A stretch of DNA of 64,000 nt from Psychroserpens sp. (lineage in GTDB: Bacteria > Bacteroidota > Bacteroidia > Flavobacteriales > Flavobacteriaceae): positions 228,449 through 292,448 of the forward strand of contig NZ_JAXMOD010000005.1 of assembly GCF_034670085.1 (NCBI RefSeq). The letters run 5' to 3'. Both the position numbers and the translations under genes were made by a program. The notes beneath the pieces are model-generated. The model worked only from the letters and a program-made list of their open reading frames with translations, was not told the DNA's origin and did no database searches. Shown here piece after piece: positions 41,443 to 49,112 of this stretch; position 1 is the first letter of the stretch; every line of letters begins with the position of its first letter.

Positions 41443-42678
41443 TTAGATATTGTTACTAATAGTTTCAATTACCCAATCTTGTAATGACTCATCCCAAGTT
41501 TCATATAGTTTATAAAACTCTTGTTTATCATACCAATATATAAATAGAATATCCTTAGGTGAAATATTAACTAATAGTTTCCATATTAAATCTTGGTGTT
41601 TTGGATCTAAACTTGAATGTGGTTCGTGCAGAGCATCGAATAAATCCTCATCAACAATATCTGATATTTTATATTGATTACTTGTTTCTAATTTTTCTAA
41701 GTAACGTTCAACGCTCATTATTTTTTTACGAGTATCAATATCAATTTTATTCAAATAACTCTTAAATAATAAAGGGTCATTTAAAATGTTTTTGACAGGA
41801 TGTTGCGTGTCTTTTAAGTGTTGTGCAAACTCAAATTTCTTTATCCTTTCATAGCGTTTCGTTTTAATAACCTCTTCTAAATCATATGTAATAATGATAT
41901 GATCACGAAGTTTTTCCATAAGCTCTGGTTGAGAAATATGAAATATAATAACATCGTGAACGGTGTCTTTAATAGCTTCTTTATACCATTTCTTATCTTC
42001 AAAAACGAGTATAGGTGTGATAAAATCCCTCAGCACATAAACACCTCCAAATGATCTTGTATAAAAAGAATCGGTCACAAAACTAATAGATCTTAGATTT
42101 AAATCTCGCTCTCTTAAATCACCATATTTTGTTGCAGATTCTAGCAACTGATTATGAATGTCTTCATCTATAAAATTGTTTCCAAATTTAAATTTTTCGA
42201 TGAGATCTAATTGTTCCTGTCTTACATTATCTAAATTATTGATAAGATGAAACCTTATTGTAATCCGTTGATATCTTAAAAGATCAAAAGGCTCATAAAA
42301 TGTATCAATACCTTGATCAAAGTCAATACAAATGGCTGAATCTCTTGTAATATCGTTTATTTTATCACTATGAGTTTTAAACACTAATTGCATCATATCT
42401 CTATCAAACGTATGATAGGGCAAATACACAGGTTTTTGATTTTGTAACGGAGAAATTATAATGCCATGTGGATTTGATTCGCCATTACCCAAATAATATT
42501 GTTCGCCCTTTTCTTCAGCAATTTCGGGACTCCAGCCAATTCCATCAATAGAGAACTTTGTCAGTTTAGTTTCACTAAACCCCATTTTTTTTAAGCATTG
42601 ATTATAACGCTCAACTAATTTCCCAGAAACTGGAATGAGTTCACTTCTATATAGGTTTTCAGCTTTTAATTTTTGCAT
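41443..42678 (-). CDS. 411-aa cytoplasmic protein of unknown function (cluster gene 6)
   Basis: No signal peptide or TM, and no motif I can assign. Its start overlaps the stop of the Nudix gene (TAATG at 42676-42680). Confidence 0.75.
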   Translation of the reverse strand: MQKLKAENLYRSELIPVSGKLVERYNQCLKKMGFSETKLTKFSIDGIGWSPEIAEEKGEQYYLGNGESNPHGIIISPLQNQKPVYLPYHTFDRDMMQLVFKTHSDKINDITRDSAICIDFDQGIDTFYEPFDLLRYQRITIRFHLINNLDNVRQEQLDLIEKFKFGNNFIDEDIHNQLLESATKYGDLRERDLNLRSISFVTDSFYTRSFGGVYVLRDFITPILVFEDKKWYKEAIKDTVHDVIIFHISQPELMEKLRDHIIITYDLEEVIKTKRYERIKKFEFAQHLKDTQHPVKNILNDPLLFKSYLNKIDIDTRKKIMSVERYLEKLETSNQYKISDIVDEDLFDALHEPHSSLDPKHQDLIWKLLVNISPKDILFIYWYDKQEFYKLYETWDESLQDWVIETISNNI

Positions 42679-43256
42679 TACACTAATATATTTATCTGAG
42701 CATATTGCAATAACATAATTGTTTTTGCATCAATAATAGCTTTTGTTTTAATCATTTCAATTGCTTTGTTAAAAGAAATTTCCAGGACCTCTATTTCTTC
42801 ATCTTCGGAAGCTAATCCTCCTCCATCATTAACTTTCATATCCTCTGAATATTCAGCAGTAAAAAGATACAATTTTTCAGTCAATGCACCTGGAGACATA
42901 TATGCTTCCATAACACATGTTGCATCATCGATTTTAAACCCAACTTCTTCTTCAATCTCTCTTATAATTGTCCATTTAGGAGATTCATTTTTATCTATTG
43001 CGCCAGCACAAACTTCAATAGACATGCCTTCACTTCTATCATTTTCAAATATTGGCATTCTAAATTGTTTCGTTAAAATCACTGTACGTTTTTTAGTATT
43101 GTATAATAATACAGCAGCACCATTTCCACGATTATAACACTCGCGTTTTAAACGTTTATATTCTCCATTTTTAAATTGATAATCATAGTCAATTCTATAA
43201 AGTGTTGCCCAAGCTTTAGAAAGAACGTTGTGTGTTATGTTTTTGATTTGTTTCAT
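42678..43256 (-). CDS. nudK: Nudix hydrolase, NudK/ADP-ribose-pyrophosphatase-like (cluster gene 5)
   Basis: Exact Nudix box GAIDKNESPKWTIIREIEEEVGF (Gx5Ex7REUxEExGU). RECYNRGNGAAVLLYNTKKRTVILTKQFR, AYMSPGALTEKLYLFTAEYS and EDEEIEVLEISF closely parallel E. coli NudK as I recall it. Confidence 0.8.
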   Translation of the reverse strand: MKQIKNITHNVLSKAWATLYRIDYDYQFKNGEYKRLKRECYNRGNGAAVLLYNTKKRTVILTKQFRMPIFENDRSEGMSIEVCAGAIDKNESPKWTIIREIEEEVGFKIDDATCVMEAYMSPGALTEKLYLFTAEYSEDMKVNDGGGLASEDEEIEVLEISFNKAIEMIKTKAIIDAKTIMLLQYAQINILV

Positions 43257-43260
43257 TTAT

Positions 43261-43334
43261 TCATTCCTATGAAGGCAGCAATCTATTTTAATTGGTTATT
43301 GAGATTCCTCGTCGATTTGCACTGTCGGAATGAC
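43261..43334. repeat. Degenerate GC-rich palindromic element (REP-like) in the intergenic gap of the cluster
   Basis: tcattcc (43261-43267) pairs with ggaatga (43327-43333). It shares the 3' box gtcGGAATGACAa with the elements at 40784 and 45331. Confidence 0.55.
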
Positions 43335-43346
43335 AATTGATTAATA

Positions 43347-45308
43347 TTAATCATTTCTTCCAAATTGTTCACGAGCTTCTGTATCAATCTTTAGTTGATT
43401 CACTCTCGCGTCTACTTTTCGTTTAAAGTCTGTATCTGCAATCGTAGCGACATTATCTAAATAACGCACAACTTCTTGACGTCTAATTTCAGAAAAGTCT
43501 AAACCTTTCATGTTAGAACGCATTAACTCTTGTAACATATTGAATTTTGATTCGTAATCTTTTTTGAAATATAAATCTGGGTTTTCAAACCAATCTTCTT
43601 CCAAATCGAAATCGGTTAATCGTAAGGAGACTGCGCTTTGAATATTTCTTACATCACGTGATGAGAAAAATGGAAAAATCTTCTGAATTTCTTTATATAA
43701 ATTGGCATAAAACAAATGTTGATTAGTTTTAAAACTGCCTTCTATTTTATCATATGCCTCTAAAACTCGCTCTTCAGTTGGTTTATCTGAAACTTTTAAA
43801 ATTTCACCCATGTTTTTAGCCAATCCTTGATCTTGCAGGTAACTATAGTTTTCTGGACCTTGCATGTTTACAAAATCTGGCATTGTATCATCAAGTTTTC
43901 TCCACCATAAATGGTCTTGATCTAAAAAGTCATGCTCTGTACGTGCACCATCAATTTTAAAACGACCTTGTACACGAGAAATAACGGCTTTATCTAGCAT
44001 CTCTGGGAGATTGGTAAATAAACCAATAGAACTATTACCATAATTAACAGCATAAGCACCTTCAGTATACCTTAAAAACACACCTATCACTTCTTTAACA
44101 CCAGCAGACACGCCTTGAGCAGTTCGTTCTTGTAAATTGTTTTCAGCATCATCAATAGGTGCAAAAATTAATTTTGAAGGATCCTGCAAAGGTTTCATCC
44201 ATTCTACCATCTTTTCTGCTGAACCACCTTGAAATGTAGAAATCAATGTGTCTGGCATTGGATGAAATAAAAATGGAATATCTAAGTTATCACAATGTTC
44301 TTTTAGTCGCGTTGCTATGGCAGCAATTAGCATACTTTTTCCGGTTCCTGGAATTCCGTAACCCATAAACACAGGCATAAAACCTCCAAGTTCTTGAAAC
44401 GGATTCTTTTTGGCCGTAAAATCATAACTCAGCATGCGTTCAGTTAATCGTCTAGCAAAGTGTTTTGCATCTCTATTACCTACAATTTGTTCAAACTGAA
44501 TTTTATTAAACTCAATACTTTTCGCAGTGCCTTGAAACACATTTTCCCAACCTGACACTGCAAACTCAGAATGCTCTAGTTTGTAGGTTCTATCAACTAT
44601 AGTTTCGGTGTATTCCAAACTACTTTTACGCATTTGAATTTCCGCAATTAAGGCTTCGAAATATACCACAGTGAAGTCGATGACATCTTTATCGGTTTTA
44701 ACAATCTCAGGATGACCTAAGTATTTATCATAGTAAAATAAGGCACATGAAATACCTTTTAAAGGCGACATTAATGATACTTCTGGAATACCAGCAAACT
44801 TATTTTTCATGACACTTAAATCATCTGAAGCAATAGTTTGCAAATCATGCAAAATCTTATAGGCTACAGAAAACAACATAAAAGCTGTGGCTGTTTGCAT
44901 TTTACTTTCATATTCACGTTTGCCTGAATTATCTAAAGCAGATTTGTTTTCAGATAAGCTAGATAAACCTGAGGCATCGTAATAACTGTCTTTAATCCAG
45001 ATGCCTAAAGTAATTCCTTCCTGAACAGCATAAAGGGTTTGATTTAAGTGAATAGGAATGGCAATGGACTCAGGTAACAACCGTTTTTTAAGTTCTAAAA
45101 TCGTCTTAGAAACTGAAGTTACTTCTGCTCCACCATTTCCTTTGGCGCGTGATAAATACAAAAGAATCGATTCATCTTTTGCATCTTTATCTTTGTTTTT
45201 TGCACGCTGACCTTGTTCCCATTGTACACTTTTAATATAGGAGGTTGCTTCATCTCGAAGCATATCAAGTTCATTTTGTTTTATAGGAAATGTTGAGTTG
45301 TGTTCCAT
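43347..45308 (-). CDS. Classical-clade AAA+ ATPase with unique N- and C-terminal regions (cluster gene 4)
   Basis: Walker A GYGIPGTGKSMLIAAIA (aa 316-332; nt around 44334-44357); Walker B LIFAPIDDAEN (DD instead of DE); sensor-1/second region of homology FTNLPEMLDKAVISRVQGRFKI, which parallels TNRPDxLDPALLRPGRFD. About 275 aa N-terminal and about 195 aa C-terminal to the module are unassigned. Confidence 0.85.
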   Translation of the reverse strand: MEHNSTFPIKQNELDMLRDEATSYIKSVQWEQGQRAKNKDKDAKDESILLYLSRAKGNGGAEVTSVSKTILELKKRLLPESIAIPIHLNQTLYAVQEGITLGIWIKDSYYDASGLSSLSENKSALDNSGKREYESKMQTATAFMLFSVAYKILHDLQTIASDDLSVMKNKFAGIPEVSLMSPLKGISCALFYYDKYLGHPEIVKTDKDVIDFTVVYFEALIAEIQMRKSSLEYTETIVDRTYKLEHSEFAVSGWENVFQGTAKSIEFNKIQFEQIVGNRDAKHFARRLTERMLSYDFTAKKNPFQELGGFMPVFMGYGIPGTGKSMLIAAIATRLKEHCDNLDIPFLFHPMPDTLISTFQGGSAEKMVEWMKPLQDPSKLIFAPIDDAENNLQERTAQGVSAGVKEVIGVFLRYTEGAYAVNYGNSSIGLFTNLPEMLDKAVISRVQGRFKIDGARTEHDFLDQDHLWWRKLDDTMPDFVNMQGPENYSYLQDQGLAKNMGEILKVSDKPTEERVLEAYDKIEGSFKTNQHLFYANLYKEIQKIFPFFSSRDVRNIQSAVSLRLTDFDLEEDWFENPDLYFKKDYESKFNMLQELMRSNMKGLDFSEIRRQEVVRYLDNVATIADTDFKRKVDARVNQLKIDTEAREQFGRND

Positions 45309-45330
45309 TTTTATAATTAAAATTTATACT

Positions 45331-45370
45331 GTCATTTATTTTGGATTCTGCGTCTTAGCGCAGAATGACA
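45331..45370. repeat. GC-rich palindromic element (REP-like) in the intergenic gap of the cluster
   Basis: gtcatt...attctgcg tcttag cgcagaat gaca. It uses the same arm sequence (attctgcg/cgcagaat) as the element at 40784 and has no U-run on the transcribed strand. Confidence 0.7.
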
Positions 45371-45388
45371 AAACATATTAATTCATTT

Positions 45389-45835
45389 TTAATTTAGTCG
45401 ATATCGATACAATTTTGCAGCTTCTTCAATTTCGTCATCTAAATCACCATCATAGCTAAAACTTTGTATTCTCCATGTATCGTCTGGTCTGTAAAATTGA
45501 AAAGTAAATCGCAAAGGTTGACGATCATATTTTACTAAATAGCTAATAAGTACAAAACTATCTGATAATTTTTTTTCAAGAATGACCTCTTTACCATAGT
45601 ACTTTCCAACAAAATTTTCATTAAGTCCTTCCATCTGAGTTTTTAGTTTTTCAACTGCATCATTATTTCTTGAAATCCATGTATTACCACGATATAGCTC
45701 ATCTAAAGCAAATGTTGCTCCTTTAGTTTCAAAATTCTTAAAAAAATTGTCAACAAGATCTTGAGGTTTGTCTTGAGCAGACACCAGTCCCGTTATTGAA
45801 AAACACAGTAAGCAGATTAGAATATTTGATTTCAT
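45389..45835 (-). CDS. Exported 148-aa protein, alpha+beta (NTF2-like?) fold guess; unknown function (cluster gene 3)
   Basis: Signal peptide MKSNILICLLCFSITGLVSA-QD, with a mature protein of about 125 aa. It starts 4 nt after the upstream gene. Confidence 0.7.
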   Translation of the reverse strand: MKSNILICLLCFSITGLVSAQDKPQDLVDNFFKNFETKGATFALDELYRGNTWISRNNDAVEKLKTQMEGLNENFVGKYYGKEVILEKKLSDSFVLISYLVKYDRQPLRFTFQFYRPDDTWRIQSFSYDGDLDDEIEEAAKLYRYRLN

Positions 45836-45839
45836 AGTT

Positions 45840-46886
45840 CTATTTTTTAATAATTAAATTCGCTACTTCTATTGGTGGTTTTGCCAACAAATTCATAATT
45901 TCTGGTGTTTTATTATACAGTAATTGTATAATTCGATGTGGTGCAAATACATAATCTTGTTTTACGATGTCACTCCACTTTTGAAATACTTGTTTACTGA
46001 AATAGCCGCCCTCTTCAAATTCACTACCTGAAAACACTTCATGAATTTTAAAGGATAATGCGTAAGACTCTAAAGGAATTTCTTTACTCGCAATACTTTT
46101 AAGAATGGTATGTGTTATTTCATTTTCATCTTTAGCAAACACATTATGAAATGGTCCTAAATCAATACGTTTAATATGCTTAGGTCTTAGGTCTGGTAAT
46201 TTTCTATCGATGCCATAAGCCATCGTGTCTAAATTCATCTCACGATCTGCAGTACTTTTTAAAACCTCATAAATTTTGTCTTTATAACTTTCAATATTTC
46301 GACCATCATAATCAAAATACATAAAGCAAATAAATGGACGATTGTGAGCTACATCATAAAAACTCCAACTTGTCATGTATTGTGCTGAAGCTGTTTCTGG
46401 AGCATCAATAATTTTTCCCTGTACAAAACGATTGAAAATATATTTCTGTTCTACTGAGGTATAATAGACTATTGAAGCTGCTTGAAATAATTTGTCTTTT
46501 CTAACGGGTTGTTTTTTTCGAAGTAATTGATCAAGAAATTCTTCTTGTAATTCACTTACATCTCTAAGTTTAGCAACATAATTATCTTTTAATGACAAAT
46601 CATTGAATAAATATCTAAACTCTAAATAATTTGGGAAGCCAGAATCTGTTAGATCGACTTTCATATTATCTTCCTCGTCATACATGTATTTTACACGCAT
46701 AGCTTCAATTGAATACAATAATAAGTCACAATACTGTTTAAAAAAGACCAACTCTTTTGATGTGCACAAATTTTCCTTTTGAACACTAACAATAAGTTCT
46801 TTAAGTACAAAATCTACTTTTTTATGATAAAAGATGTATTGTTCTTTAGAATCTAGTACTGCGGAATCTAATGGCGTTACAATCAT
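45840..46886 (-). CDS. 348-aa cytoplasmic protein of unknown function (cluster gene 2)
   Basis: No signal peptide, TM or recognisable motif. It is tightly followed (4 nt) by the exported-protein gene. Confidence 0.75.
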   Translation of the reverse strand: MIVTPLDSAVLDSKEQYIFYHKKVDFVLKELIVSVQKENLCTSKELVFFKQYCDLLLYSIEAMRVKYMYDEEDNMKVDLTDSGFPNYLEFRYLFNDLSLKDNYVAKLRDVSELQEEFLDQLLRKKQPVRKDKLFQAASIVYYTSVEQKYIFNRFVQGKIIDAPETASAQYMTSWSFYDVAHNRPFICFMYFDYDGRNIESYKDKIYEVLKSTADREMNLDTMAYGIDRKLPDLRPKHIKRIDLGPFHNVFAKDENEITHTILKSIASKEIPLESYALSFKIHEVFSGSEFEEGGYFSKQVFQKWSDIVKQDYVFAPHRIIQLLYNKTPEIMNLLAKPPIEVANLIIKK

Positions 46887-46911
46887 AATCTACTTAGACA
46901 TAAGTTTCTTT

Positions 46912-47019
46912 GATGGTTTGCGTTAAGGATTGAATGGTCTATTTGAGCTCCTCGAAGAGAGCGAGTAATGAAAGCCTGACCTACTTATGCCGTTAAAAGC
47001 AGAAGTAGGAAACGCCATC
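46912..47019 (-). other. Structured, GC-enriched 108-nt intergenic element between cluster genes 1 and 2 (multi-stem RNA or composite REP)
   Basis: The outer stem gatgg(ttt)gcgtt (46912-46924) / aacgccatc (47011-47019) encloses the hairpins cctactt...aagtagg (46980-47009) and ctcg aagagag cgag (46951-46965). Confidence 0.4.
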
Positions 47020-47029
47020 ATTATTTTTA

Positions 47030-48373
47030 TTAGCTTAACAAATCGTCAGTACCACCTTCTGGCTTAGGAGTTCCATCTGGTTTTCCATCATCTCCAGCAG
47101 GTGCATTAGGATCTGCTTTATAGTAATCTTCGAAAATCTCTTTCATATCGATACCATAGCGCTCAGCAAAATTCTTTTGAATATCAATATCCTTTGCTCT
47201 AATTTCTTGCAAAGCCTCTGCATAACTGCTATACACACCTTGCATTACTTTTTCGTGAACAGGAATATTATCCATCATTTCTTGACGTGCTTTAGCACTT
47301 GCAGTATGCATAGACGCTAAAGTTTCACCAATATGCTCATCGGTTTTTACACCTAAATGTTCTAAAATGGCAGCAAACTCTTGATCTGTTCTTGCTTTTA
47401 AGGCCACCACGTAACCATCATAATACTTTAAACGTTCTTCAGTATCACTTTTTAATTTAGCACGATGCGTTTGCAGGTTACTGCGTAAAGAGGTTAATAC
47501 TTTGATGGTTAAATTATGTTTGTGAACGAAACTATCTTTAGAAGCCGCTAAGGTTGTATACGCATTTTTAAGGCCTTCTAATTCTTCAACTTTCTGTTCT
47601 AATGTTGTGACATCACCTATAGCTTGTGCATACTCAGCAGATTGCTTATCAACAATCTCTTCTAAAGCCTGACGTGCTTGTTTTAAAGCCGCATATTTTT
47701 CTTCAAGTTTAGCTTCTACTTCTTTCTTTTTCTCTAAAGCTTTAGTGTGATTTTTAGTCGCTTCAACAATGGCAGTTTGCAATTTATCTTCAACTTCTTT
47801 TATTTCAACCTCACGATTTTTTAATCGCGTCACTGCGGCTTGAGACTTATAGCTTAATTCGCTCAGTAACGTTTGAATGTCTGCACTTTCAATACGCGTT
47901 TGAAACATTGCCTTAGCTTTATTATCTGCTGCATCTCTATCTTTTTGAGCAACTTTTAATTCATCCTGAGCATCTTTAATCTTGCTTTTTCTTCCCCAAA
48001 GGTTATTCCACCATGTATCTGGTTTTGCTTCAGCATCTTCTAATTCAACTTTTGCCCGTTCTAAACGTTTGATGGCATCATCAATAATTTTTTGTTCATC
48101 TGCATTAAGCGAAGAAAATTTTTCAAATATAATCCCAACTTCATCCTGATAGTCTGTAAGATCTTTAATAGCATCAAGAAGTGTGGTTCTATCTTGCTCT
48201 GCCATATGAACAACATCATCAAGAGTAGCATTAAGAATCTTCTGGCGACTTTCTGGATCATCTTCTTGTGCAAGTTTAGATTTCATAGTGTCAATGGCTT
48301 TTCCCCAATTAACATCTACTTTCTCACTTTTCTCGTTAGTATTCGTTTCTAATAAATCAAAATCGTCAGACAT
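47030..48373 (-). CDS. 447-aa cytoplasmic coiled-coil protein with a Pro/Gly/Asp-rich C-terminal tail (cluster gene 1); TelA-like architecture possible
   Basis: Long heptad-rich Glu/Lys/Ala/Gln sequence throughout, for example KRLERAKVELEDAEAK and KALEKKKEVEAKLEEKYAALKQARQALEEI. The tail is DPNAPAGDDGKPDGTPKPEGGTDDLLS, with no TM. Confidence 0.75.
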   Translation of the reverse strand: MSDDFDLLETNTNEKSEKVDVNWGKAIDTMKSKLAQEDDPESRQKILNATLDDVVHMAEQDRTTLLDAIKDLTDYQDEVGIIFEKFSSLNADEQKIIDDAIKRLERAKVELEDAEAKPDTWWNNLWGRKSKIKDAQDELKVAQKDRDAADNKAKAMFQTRIESADIQTLLSELSYKSQAAVTRLKNREVEIKEVEDKLQTAIVEATKNHTKALEKKKEVEAKLEEKYAALKQARQALEEIVDKQSAEYAQAIGDVTTLEQKVEELEGLKNAYTTLAASKDSFVHKHNLTIKVLTSLRSNLQTHRAKLKSDTEERLKYYDGYVVALKARTDQEFAAILEHLGVKTDEHIGETLASMHTASAKARQEMMDNIPVHEKVMQGVYSSYAEALQEIRAKDIDIQKNFAERYGIDMKEIFEDYYKADPNAPAGDDGKPDGTPKPEGGTDDLLS

Positions 48374-48752
48374 GTTATGTATAGTGTTTTAAGTTGAACA
48401 AAGTTTCGGATAAGCAATTTCGTCAAAAAATATGATTTTAAAAACTTAATGTGCTTAAAATATCAGTAGTAAATTTGAATATTTTGTTACAAACTTTCTT
48501 TAGTCTTGTTTTATGATTATCCATTGGACTAATATTTTCAAAAGGCGTTACCATATAAATCTAAAAAGAGCGATTAATCACGAAAAAAAATAAACTGATT
48601 AATTAAATTGAAAAAATAAATTTCCATCAAAAAATAAGTCAAATAGCTGTACAGAAGAGCTATAGGTTGAATGGTATAAAAAATCCGATGAAGTGTAAGT
48701 GTTAAAATGTAACTTTTTTATAACTAATTAGTTGGCATTTGGAATAAAATTG

Positions 48753-48760
48753 TATATTTG
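48753..48760 (+). promoter_or_regulatory. Bacteroidota promoter (-7 TATATTTG, with TTG at 48732-48734)
   Basis: Exact TAnnTTTG match 30 nt upstream of the ATG at 48791, with a TTG 18 nt upstream of the box. Confidence 0.45.
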
Positions 48761-48790
48761 ATGAACCAAATCTAATTAAACTTATAAAAT

Positions 48791-49021
48791 ATGTTAGCTA
48801 ACTTCGTAAGGACTCATTCCCTCGTAAGCACTACTCAGCTCACTATTGTACTCATAATAACTGCCATAATATTTGCAGTCTTTATTGGCATTGCTGTCAT
48901 TAAAATGTATAAACTTAAAGCTGAAAATAAACGTTTGATGGATAAAAGTAAATATAAATCTGATGTAGAGAAAGAATACACAGATTTCACAGATAGTCAT
49001 TTGTATGATACTAAAGATTAA
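48791..49021 (+). CDS. 76-aa single-TM protein of unknown function
   Basis: TM QLTIVLIITAIIFAVFIGIAVI followed by a charged tail. It has its own promoter-like box and the terminator at 49060. The overlapping minus ORF 48794-49072 was judged a shadow ORF. Confidence 0.55.
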   Translation: MLANFVRTHSLVSTTQLTIVLIITAIIFAVFIGIAVIKMYKLKAENKRLMDKSKYKSDVEKEYTDFTDSHLYDTKD

Positions 49022-49059
49022 TTCTATTCTTTGAAGTTTAGAGTAACAAAAACATAAAC

Positions 49060-49088
49060 AAAAAGCCAGCAATTTGCTGGCTTTTTTG
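49060..49088. terminator. Bidirectional intrinsic terminator
   Basis: aaaa + agccagc aattt gctggct + tttttt. Confidence 0.85.
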
Positions 49089-49112
49089 TTTTTGTAATGT
49101 AGAAATTCTAAA

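Noticed and set aside
46888-46902. Three-codon mini-ORF (AUG UCU AAG UAG) just upstream of cluster gene 2, as a possible leader peptide.
   Set aside because: It is too short and lacks any regulatory codon logic that I can identify. It is mentioned only as context within the structured-spacer finding.
40784-47019. Possibility that the repeated palindromes form a CRISPR array or are MITEs or other mobile elements.
   Set aside because: The copies lie 2-2.5 kb apart, separated by full-length genes rather than short unique spacers. They are not identical in length. I see no target-site duplications, terminal inverted repeats flanking cargo, or transposase or cas genes anywhere in the window.
39072-48373. 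Reading the AAA+/Nudix cluster as a classical anti-phage defence island.
   Set aside because: I see no nuclease, methyltransferase, helicase, TIR, SIR2, cyclase, toxin-antitoxin or integrase genes and no obvious compositional shift. The flanking genes are housekeeping. Defence remains only a minor alternative within the main finding, not a supported call.
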